Both the position numbers and the translations under genes were made by a program. A stretch of 64,000 nt of DNA from Microcoleus sp. (GTDB lineage Bacteria; Cyanobacteriota; Cyanobacteriia; Cyanobacteriales; Microcoleaceae): the NCBI GenBank assembly GCA_052279835.1, contig CP181291.1, forward strand, positions 5,344,001 through 5,408,000, written 5' to 3'. Below the pieces are notes generated by a model. It was not told the DNA's origin and made no database searches. It was given only the letters and a program-made list of their open reading frames with translations. This document shows, piece after piece, positions 40,379-50,696 of this stretch. Numbering within the stretch: position 1 is the stretch's first letter; every line of letters starts with the position of its first letter.

Positions 40379-40549
40379 CTGTTCCTTGTAGCGCACCCCA
40401 GAAAGCACCTCCTGACGAATAGCACCCAGTAAAACAACTCGTCCATCTGCAATCAAATCGTGTAGGACTTTAACGATCGCGATCGCATCATTTGTTGTGT
40501 TGCGCCGTAAAGCCAGCGACCAAACGGAACTATCAACAACAACATTCAT
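40376..40549 (-). pseudogene. vapC: Truncated VapC/PIN toxin (57 aa)
   Basis: MNVVVDSSVWSLALRR...VVLLGAIRQEVLSGVRYKEQ*; ATGA overlap with the upstream antitoxin; the stop coincides with the IS junction. Confidence 0.8.
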
Positions 40550-40746
40550 GTTGTTTGTCGCTGTTCCTTGTAGTTATAATCTTCATCGTATTCAATAGTA
40601 CCAAACAATTCTAATATTTTTAATTGTTTGCGACGTTGAATGTACTCGCGTAAAGCGGCTTCGATTAATGTAGTGGGTGTTGGATGGTTACTCAAATCAA
40701 GGGCTTCTTGAAGAAGAGTTTTGTCAATTTCGAGCGTAGTTACCAT
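40546..40746 (-). CDS. vapB: VapB-family antitoxin
   Basis: 66 aa, MVTTLEIDKTLLQEAL...ALREYIQRRKQLKILELFGTIEYD; translationally coupled to the PIN ORF. Confidence 0.82.
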   Translation of the reverse strand: MVTTLEIDKTLLQEALDLSNHPTPTTLIEAALREYIQRRKQLKILELFGTIEYDEDYNYKEQRQTT

Positions 40747-40888
40747 GTATTTTCAGGAGTGCAAGTAGGGTATGACGCAGTTACAACCGAACAATGCTGT
40801 AATCTTACAGTAGCACTGAAACTCTATGAAAGTGCGATCGCCCTGATTGTCCCAAATAACCAAAAGGGCGATCGTCCCTCAATAAATT

Positions 40889-41788
40889 TTACTTCGTCCC
40901 ACTATACTCCGAAGCAACAATCATCGATCCAATACCGGAATCGCTGAAAATCTCTTGCAGCAAAGCGTGTTCGAGACGACCATCAATAATATGAGCAGCC
41001 TTCACACCTTGAGCTAAACTCCGCACACAACAAGTAACCTTTGGAATCATCCCCCCAGAAACAACCCCAGACTCAATTAACTGTCGAGCTTCTTGAATAT
41101 CTAACTTCACAATCAGACTTTCTGGGTTGTGATAATCCTCCAAAATGCCAGCAGTATCAGTCATCAAAATCAATTTTTCAGCACCCAAACCAGCCGCAAT
41201 TTCTCCAGCCACGGTGTCGGCATTAATATTGTAAGATTGACCATTTTCATCCGCCGCCACACTCGACACCACCGGAATATATCCGCTGTTTACCAAAGAC
41301 TCCAAAATCTGGATTTTCACGCCACTAACTTCACCCACAAACCCAATCCCCTCCCGGCCATCAGGACGAGCTTGAATCAAATTACCATCCTTGCCGCATA
41401 AACCCACAGCCTTACCGCCAGCTTGGTTAATTAACGACACAATTTCCTTATTTACCTTCCCCACCAAAACCATCTCGACAACTTCCATAGTCGCCGCATC
41501 TGTCACCCTCAAACCATTCTTAAATTGGGGCTCAATGCCTAATTTTTCCAGCCAAGTATTAATTTCCGGCCCGCCACCGTGAACCACCACCGGACGCATC
41601 CCCACACAGGATAGCAATACAATATCCCGAACTACTTGATCTTTGAGATTGCTATCTTTCATTGCAGCGCCGCCATATTTTACCACAATCGTGCGGCCTG
41701 CAAAATGTTGAATGTAGGGCAGTGCTTCCGAAAGCACTTCTACTCGATTAGTTTCTGAATTCCTAACAAAATCGCTTTGTTTGAGCAT
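40889..41788 (-). CDS. argB: Acetylglutamate kinase
   Basis: [35 protein letters not shown]. Confidence 0.97.
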   Translation of the reverse strand: MLKQSDFVRNSETNRVEVLSEALPYIQHFAGRTIVVKYGGAAMKDSNLKDQVVRDIVLLSCVGMRPVVVHGGGPEINTWLEKLGIEPQFKNGLRVTDAATMEVVEMVLVGKVNKEIVSLINQAGGKAVGLCGKDGNLIQARPDGREGIGFVGEVSGVKIQILESLVNSGYIPVVSSVAADENGQSYNINADTVAGEIAAGLGAEKLILMTDTAGILEDYHNPESLIVKLDIQEARQLIESGVVSGGMIPKVTCCVRSLAQGVKAAHIIDGRLEHALLQEIFSDSGIGSMIVASEYSGTK

Positions 41789-42092
41789 GGGATAATTACA
41801 AATGACGAAAAACTTAAGTCTAAAGTTTAATGGTTAAAGCGGATATCAACAACCACAAAAAGCGCTTTTTGCATGGAATTGATTAAATTTATCGAATTTA
41901 TCCATGAACAGACCGATCGCCCATCTGCCACAATAGCGAACTCAGCCTGACTAGCCATGCTATCACAGCAATTATCTATTAAAAAATTAATAGGTTTTTT
42001 TAATGATGTAACTTAAATTTTTGTATTATAACTTATGATTTTCTTGCTAAAGTAAAGAAATGTATGGCTACTCTTGATTTACTTAAGGTTTT

Positions 42093-42875
42093 ATGTTAAT
42101 TGCACCCGCTGCGGAATCGGAAAACGCTCAGTACAAGGTACATTCAGAGGCGGAATCGTCGGCCCAAATGACTGTATTTTGCGATTTAGACGGACCGATC
42201 GTCGATGTATCCGATCGCTACTACACCACATATAAACAGGGATTAGCAGACACTCAGGCGGTGTATCTGATCCGGGGCATCAACCTCAACCTGGAAATAC
42301 TCAGCAAACAGCAGTTTTGGCAAATGAAGCAAAATCGGGTGCCGGATACTGAAATTGCCAAAAGTTCGGGTTTGAGTGGAGAAGAAATTGCAGTTTTTCT
42401 CGGATGCGTCAGTCGCATTGTCAATCAGCCGGACTTGTTGCACTTAGATCGTATCCAGCCGGGAGTGCAATGGGCGATCGCCCTGCTTCATTCTCGTGGT
42501 GTCAGACTGGTATTAGTGACTTTGCGGCCAAAAAAGCAAGCCGTTCAAATTTTACAGAACTACGGTTTAGCCAGACTGTTTACGAGTATTTGCGGAACTC
42601 AGATGGCCGATGCAGCTTATCACAACTATACTGCCTTAAAAACCGAATTATTGGCTGAAGTTGCCGAAGAATTTCAGTCATCTCTAGGTAGTGCTTGGAT
42701 GATCGGAGATACCGAAGCAGATATCCTGGCAGGACAAGCATTGGGAATACCGACAATTGCCGTTACCTGTGGCATTCGCAGTCGTCATCAACTACAACAA
42801 TACCAGCCCAGTTTTATCCTCAGCGACTTGATTATTGCCGTTCATCACTTATTAGGTTCCAGAGGGCGGGTTTAA
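42093..42875 (+). CDS. HAD-superfamily hydrolase
   Basis: FCDLDGPIVD motif I; WMIGDTEADI motif IV. Confidence 0.88.
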   Translation: MLIAPAAESENAQYKVHSEAESSAQMTVFCDLDGPIVDVSDRYYTTYKQGLADTQAVYLIRGINLNLEILSKQQFWQMKQNRVPDTEIAKSSGLSGEEIAVFLGCVSRIVNQPDLLHLDRIQPGVQWAIALLHSRGVRLVLVTLRPKKQAVQILQNYGLARLFTSICGTQMADAAYHNYTALKTELLAEVAEEFQSSLGSAWMIGDTEADILAGQALGIPTIAVTCGIRSRHQLQQYQPSFILSDLIIAVHHLLGSRGRV

Positions 42876-43016
42876 GCGCAACTGATATCTCAGGCTGCAA
42901 CAGCGACGATTTTTTCTCCTCAACCGGGTTTTTTGCGTCCAGGAATGTTGATAAAACCCCGATTTATTAAATAAATCGGGGTTTTGGAGATTTTATTTTT
43001 TTTAGCCGTTGTTCAC

Positions 43017-43583
43017 TTAAGATTTTTCTAAATTCCTGGTCATTTCCCACAAACGATTCAGGGGAAAATAAAGCACGGGAGCCCAGAGACTGCTGAGAAT
43101 AGCAGAACACAACGCAATTCGTTGATGATCCATCCAAATTTCCATTAAAGCCCGATCGCCCATGGCAAAAAATTGAATCCCCATCACCGTTTCCGCCAAC
43201 AAAGCCATCCCAAACACAATTAAGGCGATCGGAATCGGATCTCTCTCCACAATATCCGCCGGAATCGACCAAGTTTTCAGCAAAACAACCGTGAGTACCG
43301 CTACAATCACCAAACTCACAGCGTGGCTGGGATGAGGAGCAGTCATCCCATCTTGCAAAAATCCCAAAACCAGCCCCATACAGGCAGCGCCCCAAATTGT
43401 GCGTTTCCGCTTAATACTCCAAGCTACCACCCACATTAACAGCCAGTTTGGACTAATACCCAACAGTTCCATTCCCGGCATACGGGTGGGCAAAATTAGC
43501 AAACACAGAAGCACAGAAGTAAAAGTGACGGTGAAGTTAAGGAATTGACGCGATCGCGAAGACATCCGACGTAAAGACTTCAT
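43017..43583 (-). CDS. mreD: Rod shape-determining protein MreD
   Basis: Hydrophobic protein; PNWLLMWVVAWS; third gene of the mre operon. Confidence 0.9.
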   Translation of the reverse strand: MKSLRRMSSRSRQFLNFTVTFTSVLLCLLILPTRMPGMELLGISPNWLLMWVVAWSIKRKRTIWGAACMGLVLGFLQDGMTAPHPSHAVSLVIVAVLTVVLLKTWSIPADIVERDPIPIALIVFGMALLAETVMGIQFFAMGDRALMEIWMDHQRIALCSAILSSLWAPVLYFPLNRLWEMTRNLEKS

Positions 43584-44395
43584 TTTTTCTCAACTCCCCC
43601 TTGCGGTGTAGAAGTTGGAGATTCCGAAGCATTTGGGTCTGGTTTCTCTGTTTCCTTAGAATGAGGATACACCACCGCCCACTCCAGAGAATTTATCGGT
43701 GCAGAAAACTCAATCGTAGCTTCAGGAGCCGGAGTTTTATTCATATCCACCGAAACCACTTTTCCCACCGGCAAACTAGCAGGAAACAACTGACTAAAAG
43801 AAGAAGTTGAAACCACATCCCCAGGTTTAACATTAGGAACATTATCAAAAAATTCCATCACAGCTTTATTTTTTCCCTTACCCCGCAGAAAACCCATATG
43901 GCGAGTCCGAGTAACTGCCACACCTAATTGACTCGTAGGGTCACTGATTAAAAGTACCAAGCTAGTATTAGGAGTAACGCTGACAACCCGACCGACCAAG
44001 CCACCTGGACCCATCACAGTAAAATCAGTTTTAATACCATCATTACTGCCCCTACCCAAAGTGACCTGTTGCCACCAATGGTCGGCACTACGGCCAATAA
44101 TAGGAGCTACGACCCCTTTCTTTTTCTGACCAGAAACATAGTTTAAAAGCTCTTTTAGTTTCTGGTTTTGAGTTTCTAATTCTAATAACTGTGCTTGCAA
44201 TTCCTGAGTGCGGGCCAAGATTAACTGTTCTTGCCCAGAGCCGTTGGCATGAAAGGGGCGAGTCACAAAATTGTAGACTTCAAACATTGCCGTACCTTGT
44301 GTTTGCCGAACTCCCCAAGCAGCAGTTACAGCTAAACCTAAAAGTGCAATTGGCAATCGCAGATCCCACCACCTGCGGAGTGTGTTTTTTAGCAT
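43580..44395 (-). CDS. mreC: Rod shape-determining protein MreC
   Basis: TM plus coiled coil; GLVGRVVSV; between mreB and mreD. Confidence 0.93.
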   Translation of the reverse strand: MLKNTLRRWWDLRLPIALLGLAVTAAWGVRQTQGTAMFEVYNFVTRPFHANGSGQEQLILARTQELQAQLLELETQNQKLKELLNYVSGQKKKGVVAPIIGRSADHWWQQVTLGRGSNDGIKTDFTVMGPGGLVGRVVSVTPNTSLVLLISDPTSQLGVAVTRTRHMGFLRGKGKNKAVMEFFDNVPNVKPGDVVSTSSFSQLFPASLPVGKVVSVDMNKTPAPEATIEFSAPINSLEWAVVYPHSKETEKPDPNASESPTSTPQGGVEKK

Positions 44396-44487
44396 AATTT
44401 CAAACTTTAAAATTGTTTTGTCAGGATTTTAGAGTTTAGATGGCAGCCAAATTCCTAAATCCAAAATCCCAAATTTGTTAACTACAA

Positions 44488-45522
44488 TTACCGCGACTGC
44501 CCGCTAAAGACCCGTTCCAACATTTTGTTTTCCAATACCCGACCAGCTCCCAAAACCACGCAGCACAGAGGGTCTGCTGCAACGTGAGTCACAATTCCTG
44601 TTTCGTGACTGATCAGAGTATCTAAACCTTTCATCAGAGCCCCACCGCCGGCCAGCATAATTCCCCTGTCAATAATATCTGCCGCTAATTCCGGGGGTGT
44701 CCGCTCCAAAGTACGCTTCACAGCTTCCACAATTACTGAAAGCGGTTCCGACATACTTTCGCGAATTTCAGGACCTTTAATGGTAACAGTTCGTGGCAAA
44801 CCAGACAGTAAGTGCAAACCGCGCACTTCCATCACCACTTCGTTATCCTCAGCCGTTGGATATGCTGAACCCACCTGAATTTTAATTTCTTCAGCAGTAC
44901 GTTCGCCGATGACCAAATTGTGAACTTTTTTGACGTATTGGATAATCGCCTCGTTGAGTTCATCACCGGCAACCCGGACTGACTCGCTGATGACGGTACC
45001 TTGCAAACTCAAAACTGCAACTTCCGTCGTGCCCCCGCCGATGTCTATAATCATATTGCCCGTCGCCTCGCTTACAGGCAATCCGGCTCCGATCGCTGCT
45101 GCGATGGGTTCGTCAATTAAGCGGACCTCGCTAGCACCAGCTTGAGTTGCCGCTTCAATCACCGCCCGCCTCTCGACACCAGTGACACCGCTGGGGATGC
45201 CAATAATGATCCGAGGCTGAGATAAAGTTTTACCACGAACCCGACCAATAAAAGTCTTGAGCATGAGTTCCGCCGTATCGAAGTCAGCAATCACTCCATC
45301 GCGGAGTGGCCGGACAGCGATCACATTCCCAGGCGTGCGCCCAAGCATTTTTTTCGCCTCTTCGCCCACAGCCAACGGTATTTTCAGGTCTTGATCGATC
45401 GCAACTACAGAAGGTTCTTGGAGAACTATACCTTTGCCAGATACATAAACGAGCGTGTTAGCAGTACCGAGGTCGATACCCATATCGTTTCTAGATAAGG
45501 AAAATCGATTGAGAAGACCCAC
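44488..45522 (-). CDS. mreB: Rod shape-determining protein MreB
   Basis: GIDLGTANT, RPLRDGVIAD, IDIGGGTTE. GTG at 45522, after a G-rich SD-like run, is the preferred start. Confidence 0.98.
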   Translation of the reverse strand: MGLLNRFSLSRNDMGIDLGTANTLVYVSGKGIVLQEPSVVAIDQDLKIPLAVGEEAKKMLGRTPGNVIAVRPLRDGVIADFDTAELMLKTFIGRVRGKTLSQPRIIIGIPSGVTGVERRAVIEAATQAGASEVRLIDEPIAAAIGAGLPVSEATGNMIIDIGGGTTEVAVLSLQGTVISESVRVAGDELNEAIIQYVKKVHNLVIGERTAEEIKIQVGSAYPTAEDNEVVMEVRGLHLLSGLPRTVTIKGPEIRESMSEPLSVIVEAVKRTLERTPPELAADIIDRGIMLAGGGALMKGLDTLISHETGIVTHVAADPLCCVVLGAGRVLENKMLERVFSGQSR

Positions 45523-45893
45523 TGATTTGTACCCCCCCAAACTAAAATACTATTGTGTGCAATAATGTTGTTACAAAAGTGTAACCGAGGTGGATTCTAT
45601 TACGTTTTTCATCCACAGTCTAGTCAAAGCTGTACATTGGTTGCACTTAGACTCCCTAGTTCCACTATACGGTTGAGTGAGCGTAGTCGAAGGACATCAA
45701 CCACTCTGTTACCGCTACCGTCACCATCAATGTGTTCTGGTAAGTGGGTGTAAAATCAGGATGAAGCTGGTATCAGTGCTGTTCCCATTGCAATGCCCTG
45801 GGCTGTTTGGATGTAAGTACAGAGATAACGGGTAACAGATATAAGATTTTGACTAAAGTACAGTATGGATAGACCTCATTCCTGAAAAATTTT

Positions 45894-46256
45894 ATGAGCA
45901 TTAATGTTGTAACTTTGGTCGGCCGCGTCGGTGGCGACCCGGACGTGAAATATTTTGAATCGGGTACAGTTAAGTGCAGTTTAACTCTGGCAGTGAGACG
46001 GCGATCGCGCAACCCAGACGAACAAACAGACTGGTTCAATCTGGAAATCTGGGGCAAAACAGCCCAGATTGCTGCTGACTATGTTCGCAAAGGCTCTTTA
46101 ATTGGAGTTACAGGCTCTTTAAAGTTCGATCGCTGGCAGGATCGTAATAGCGGAGCAAATCGCTCCAAACCCGTAATTAGGGTAGACCAGTTAGACCTCC
46201 TGGGTTCCAAACGCGACAACGAGTCCAGTATGTCGCAAAACAACAGCGAATTCTAG
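45894..46256 (+). CDS. ssb: Single-stranded DNA-binding protein
   Basis: INVVTLVGRVGGDP, TDWF, KGSLIGVTGSL; short cyanobacterial-type tail ending in F. Confidence 0.95.
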   Translation: MSINVVTLVGRVGGDPDVKYFESGTVKCSLTLAVRRRSRNPDEQTDWFNLEIWGKTAQIAADYVRKGSLIGVTGSLKFDRWQDRNSGANRSKPVIRVDQLDLLGSKRDNESSMSQNNSEF

Positions 46257-46303
46257 TATTTGGCGGATGTGGGTAGTAAAATTTGGGGATTGGGTGGAAT
46301 CAG

Positions 46304-46831
46304 GTGACTTCAGAAAAGCTAGAAATTGTTCAGAATGAATACCAAACTGGCAAAGTCGCCTTTGAGAGTGGTCGATATGCTCAAGCTGTCAAAAGTTTGG
46401 AAACAGCCAGAGGTTTAGTCGATCGCGGTTCCCGTCTAGGTGGCGAAGTGCAAATGTGGCTAGTGACAGCCTACGAAGCCTCTGGTAACACAGAAGAGGC
46501 GATCGGCCTTTGCCGCCAACTCACCCGCCATCCGCGCCCAGAAACCCGCCAACAAGCCAAACGGCTGCTATTTATTCTCGAAGCACCCAAACTCACCATC
46601 CCTCCCGAATGGATGGTAAAAATTCCCGATCTCGCCGCACTAGAAGAAAATCCATCTTCAAACTTTCAAGTAGGGCCTGGGGTATCCTTCGTCAAGCCTG
46701 CGACTCCCAAACGAAATGTCATAGAAGAACCTGTAGATTTAAGTCAGGTGAATACGCAAGATAATCGATTTATTTGGGTGGCATTAATCGCCATATTTTT
46801 AATTTTAGGCGGCTTGTTTATTAGTTATTAA
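46304..46831 (+). CDS. TPR-like protein with C-terminal membrane anchor
   Basis: GKVAFESGRYAQAV...GGEVQMWLVTAYEA helical repeats; C-terminal TM. GTG at 46304 preferred over the track start at 46283. Confidence 0.8.
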   Translation: MTSEKLEIVQNEYQTGKVAFESGRYAQAVKSLETARGLVDRGSRLGGEVQMWLVTAYEASGNTEEAIGLCRQLTRHPRPETRQQAKRLLFILEAPKLTIPPEWMVKIPDLAALEENPSSNFQVGPGVSFVKPATPKRNVIEEPVDLSQVNTQDNRFIWVALIAIFLILGGLFISY

Positions 46832-46881
46832 GCAGTTGAGTTATTGTGGCACAGGCATCTTGCCTGTTCAAAACAGGATTT

Positions 46882-46988
46882 TATATAGCAATCCTAAATC
46901 ATTTGTGAATTTCTTACTCCCTCCCCTTGCTAAGGGGAGGGTTGGGGTGGGGTAAAAATATTTATGACTCATTTAGGATTGCTATATA
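46882..46988. mobile_element. 107-bp MITE with 18-bp perfect TIR TATATAGCAATCCTAAAT
   Basis: 46882-46899 and 46971-46988 are exact inverted repeats; terminal TA is consistent with a TA-targeting (IS630-like) element. Confidence 0.85.
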
Positions 46989-47103
46989 GTGCAAGATGTG
47001 AGTTATAATAGGATTTAAAAAGCTCCACATCTCGATCGCGGGCGATCGCAACCAACTGTGGCTTATTCGCAGGTTCAAGCCAACATCTACAATCTAAAAT
47101 CCG

Positions 47104-48462
47104 ATGACTTCACTCCCACCCAACCGCGCCAAAACACTCAAAGAAGCTTACCGCGCTTGCGATGTCAAGCCTCTAACGGGCGATGATATTGCGCGATATT
47201 ATGTGGATTTGTCCGCAGTACGCAACACAGTGGCGATCGAAAATGTTAGCACGGATTTGGATCTTCAAGAACCGGGAGAATTTAACACAATTTTGTTTAC
47301 CGGACATCGGGGATGCGGCAAAAGTACAGAGTTAAAACGCATTCAGTCGCGATGGGAAAATGAATATCGGGTGATTTATATAGAATTCGATCAGGAACTA
47401 GATGTTCTTGATGCTGAATATACCGATTTATATTTGCTAGTTATCAAAAAAGTAGCTGATGAGTTAACTGAATTAGGATTGAAGTTTGATCCAAAACTAT
47501 TACATAGTTTTGAATTGTGGTTTAAAGAAGTCACTAAAGAAACAGAAGAAACTGTTCAATCTTCTGTTAGCATCGAAACTGAAGCAAGTGCAGGGGCAGA
47601 AATCCCCTTTATTTCTAAGCTGATGGCAAAATTGATCGGTCAAATCCGAGGTTCTAGTCAACACAAACAAGTTATTCGCGAAACTCTTCAGCGCAATCTA
47701 TCCCGCTTGCAAACAGATATGAATCTGTTGTTAAAAGATGCTTTTGACAAGCTGATACGCAAATATCCAGGCTGTTATCAAAAAGGATTTTTACTGATTG
47801 TTGATAACTTAGACCGCATTACTCCAAGAGTTGCCAATCATTTGTTTTTTGATTATGCTCCTCAACTGCAAGAACTAGACTGTACAATTATCTATACAGT
47901 GCCGATTTCGGTAATTTATTCATATAAAAATGTCGGCAATTTATTTGATAGCAATCCCAACATCGTGCCAATGGTGAATATTTATGAATTTAACCGCAGT
48001 GAGTGCGATTTAAATTGCAATCAGGAAAGATTAGATGGAGTTGCCAGTTTGATCGAGAAACGAGTTGATGTTAGTGCGGTATTTGACGATCGAAAACAGT
48101 TGCTAGATTTGGCAAAAGCCAGTGGCGGTCATGTGCGACAATTGATGCAGATAACTCGATCGGCTTGTCGCACGGCCATTACTCGCAAACACAATAAAGT
48201 TTTGGCTGAAGATGTAACTTACGCTTTGAACCAACAGCAATTTGATTTTGAAAGGTCTACTCCTACGGCAGAATATTACACCATATTAGCGCAAGTTTGC
48301 ATCAATAAAGATATTAATAAAGATGAAATCGGACAAAATTTATTATTCAATCTTTCCGTCTTGGAATACAACGGCAATAGTCGGTGGAATTATGTCAACC
48401 CACTCGTAAAACAAAGTTATGCTTTCCAACAAGCCCTTAGATCAATTCAAGGAAATCCCTGA
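47104..48462 (+). CDS. P-loop ATPase (AAA+/STAND-like)
   Basis: Walker A GHRGCGKS, Walker B LLIVDNLD, SGGHVRQL motif. Confidence 0.88.
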   Translation: MTSLPPNRAKTLKEAYRACDVKPLTGDDIARYYVDLSAVRNTVAIENVSTDLDLQEPGEFNTILFTGHRGCGKSTELKRIQSRWENEYRVIYIEFDQELDVLDAEYTDLYLLVIKKVADELTELGLKFDPKLLHSFELWFKEVTKETEETVQSSVSIETEASAGAEIPFISKLMAKLIGQIRGSSQHKQVIRETLQRNLSRLQTDMNLLLKDAFDKLIRKYPGCYQKGFLLIVDNLDRITPRVANHLFFDYAPQLQELDCTIIYTVPISVIYSYKNVGNLFDSNPNIVPMVNIYEFNRSECDLNCNQERLDGVASLIEKRVDVSAVFDDRKQLLDLAKASGGHVRQLMQITRSACRTAITRKHNKVLAEDVTYALNQQQFDFERSTPTAEYYTILAQVCINKDINKDEIGQNLLFNLSVLEYNGNSRWNYVNPLVKQSYAFQQALRSIQGNP

Positions 48463-50497
48463 AATATACGGACAAAGGATTGTTGAACTCAATCAAGAAT
48501 CTTTTGACCAATTGCTGACGTTTGTCGATATTGTTGCCGACGATGCCTTTGATTTGGGATTTATCCAAAGTAATTTTACGAAGGATAGAGATGCGATTAT
48601 CCAAGCTTTAATTAATCATCCCGATTGTCAAGAGATGCAGTTTGAGATTTGGGATTTTCCCGATCCTGAGATGCGCTTTTTGATGGATGAAATTCTGAAG
48701 GTTTTGCCAACAGTCAAGGTTCAACCAGACAAAAAGTTGATTCTGATTGTGCGGGGAGTGGAAAATGCGATCGGGATGACGGGGGAATATCCGCCGATGT
48801 TGGTTGATTTTAATTGGGTGCGAGATGCTTATCCGGTTATGGTACGGCATCCAATGATTTTTTGTTTGCCAGATTATGCGATTACGCGAGTTGCTAATTA
48901 TGCGCCGGATTTTTGGGCATGGAATTCGGGAACTTTTGTGTTCAAAACTCCGGCAAATACTAGAGATGATGCGATTTCTCAAACTCTGGATGCTAGCAAA
49001 GGGATTAGCAATTGCGAGGTTCCAGAAAAGCAGGAACGAATTGATTTATTAAAACGGTTATTGATGGAATATACTCCATCAAATGGGCGCGAGGAAACTC
49101 ACGAGGATTTGAAAACTCGCATCAGAGTTTTGAATAATTTGGCGATTGCTTATCGCACCCGGAGTGAATACTCGACAGCAAAATACTATCTAGAACAAGC
49201 GTTAGATTTGGCGAAGGATGATGATGAAGATTTCATATCTTTAAAGGCAACCACTTTGCATGAATTAGGATGGATTGAGGATGATTGGGGAAACAAAAAA
49301 GAGGCGATCGCATTTTATCAACAATCTCTCCAACTTAAGGAAAAAATTGGCGATGTTCAAGGGAAAGCTGCTACTTTGCACTGTCTAGCCATAATCTATG
49401 CAAATCAAGGAGAAGTAGAACAGGCGATCGCATTTTATCAACAATCTCTCGAAATTTACGAAAAAATTGGCGATGTTCAAGGGAAAGCAGCTACTTTGCA
49501 CCAACTAGCAGGAATCTATGCAAATCAAGGAGAAGTAGAACAGGCGATCGCATTTTATCAACAATCTCTCGAAATTTACGAAAAAATTGGCGATGTTCAA
49601 GGGAAAGCAGCTACTTTGCACCAACTAGCAGGAATCTATGCAAATCAAGGAGAAGTAGAACAGGCGATCGCATTTTATCAACAATCTCTCGAACTTAAGG
49701 AAAAAATTGGCGATGTTCAAGGGAAAGCAGCTACTTTGCACCAACTAGCCATAATCTATGCAAATCAAGGAGAAGTAGAACAGGCGATCGCATTTTATCA
49801 ACAATCTCTCGCAATTTACGAAAAAATTGGCGATGTTCAAGGGAAAGCAGCTACTTTGCACTGTCTAGCCATAATCTATGCAAATCAAGGAGAAGTAGAA
49901 CAGGCGATCGCATTTTATCAACAATCTCTCGAACTTGAGGAAAAAATTGGCAATGTTCAAGGGAAAGCTGCTACTTTGCACTGTCTAGCCATAATCTATG
50001 CAAATCAAGGAGAAGTAGAACAGGCGATCGCATTTTATCAACAATCTCTCCAACTTAAGGAAAAAATTGGCGATGTTCAAGGGAAAGCTGCTACTTTGCA
50101 CTGTCTAGCCATAATCTATGCGAATCAAGGAGAAGTAGAACAGGCGATCGCATTTTATCAACAATCTCTCGCAATTTACGAAAAAATTGGCGATGTTCAA
50201 GGGAAAGCAGCTACTTTGCACTGTCTAGCCATAATCTATGCAAATCAAGGAGAAGTAGAACAGGCGATCGCATTTTATCAACAATCTCTCCAACTTAAGG
50301 AAAAAATTGGCGATGTTCAAGGGAAAGCTGCTACTTTTGCAATGCTGGGACAGTTGTTAGCAGATGAGAAGGGAGATTTTGAGTTAGCTTTGAATTATTT
50401 ACAGCAATCTTTGGCGATTTTACAGCGTTTGCGATCGCCTGACGCGGAGACAGTCAGGGAAATTATTGCTAGAGTTCAGCAGATGGCTGGGGATTGA
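48419..50497 (+). CDS. TPR-repeat protein with an N-terminal alpha/beta domain (APDFWAW motif)
   Basis: About 11 TPR_12-type repeats, roughly nine of them near-identical 40-aa units; start overlaps the ATPase by 44 nt. Confidence 0.9.
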   Translation: MLSNKPLDQFKEIPEIYGQRIVELNQESFDQLLTFVDIVADDAFDLGFIQSNFTKDRDAIIQALINHPDCQEMQFEIWDFPDPEMRFLMDEILKVLPTVKVQPDKKLILIVRGVENAIGMTGEYPPMLVDFNWVRDAYPVMVRHPMIFCLPDYAITRVANYAPDFWAWNSGTFVFKTPANTRDDAISQTLDASKGISNCEVPEKQERIDLLKRLLMEYTPSNGREETHEDLKTRIRVLNNLAIAYRTRSEYSTAKYYLEQALDLAKDDDEDFISLKATTLHELGWIEDDWGNKKEAIAFYQQSLQLKEKIGDVQGKAATLHCLAIIYANQGEVEQAIAFYQQSLEIYEKIGDVQGKAATLHQLAGIYANQGEVEQAIAFYQQSLEIYEKIGDVQGKAATLHQLAGIYANQGEVEQAIAFYQQSLELKEKIGDVQGKAATLHQLAIIYANQGEVEQAIAFYQQSLAIYEKIGDVQGKAATLHCLAIIYANQGEVEQAIAFYQQSLELEEKIGNVQGKAATLHCLAIIYANQGEVEQAIAFYQQSLQLKEKIGDVQGKAATLHCLAIIYANQGEVEQAIAFYQQSLAIYEKIGDVQGKAATLHCLAIIYANQGEVEQAIAFYQQSLQLKEKIGDVQGKAATFAMLGQLLADEKGDFELALNYLQQSLAILQRLRSPDAETVREIIARVQQMAGD
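49302..50337 (+). repeat. Intragenic 120-bp tandem repeat (~8.6 units)
   Basis: ACAATCTCTC recurs at 49321, 49441 ... 50281; each unit contains a GCGATCGC site. Confidence 0.97.
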
Positions 50498-50696
50498 TGG
50501 ATGCACTTTGACTCAAGAAACCGGGTTTTTCGCAGTTTTTGGGCGGTGTATCGATGTTATTGGAAAAAACCCGGTTTCTGGCCACGCCCAAAATCTAATA
50601 AACCGGGTTCTCAGCAGTTTTTTGGTGTGTATTGATGTTGTCTGAAGGTCAGTCAGACCTGCAATGTTACAATTAAAAAAACGTTAGGCTAAAAAA

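Noticed and set aside
49302..50337. TPR variability as the product of a diversity-generating retroelement, given an RT in the window
   Set aside because: The differences are not adenine-specific (e.g. TGT vs CAA), no template/variable repeat pair is visible, and the RT has maturase and HNH domains plus DV/DVI, making it a group II intron.
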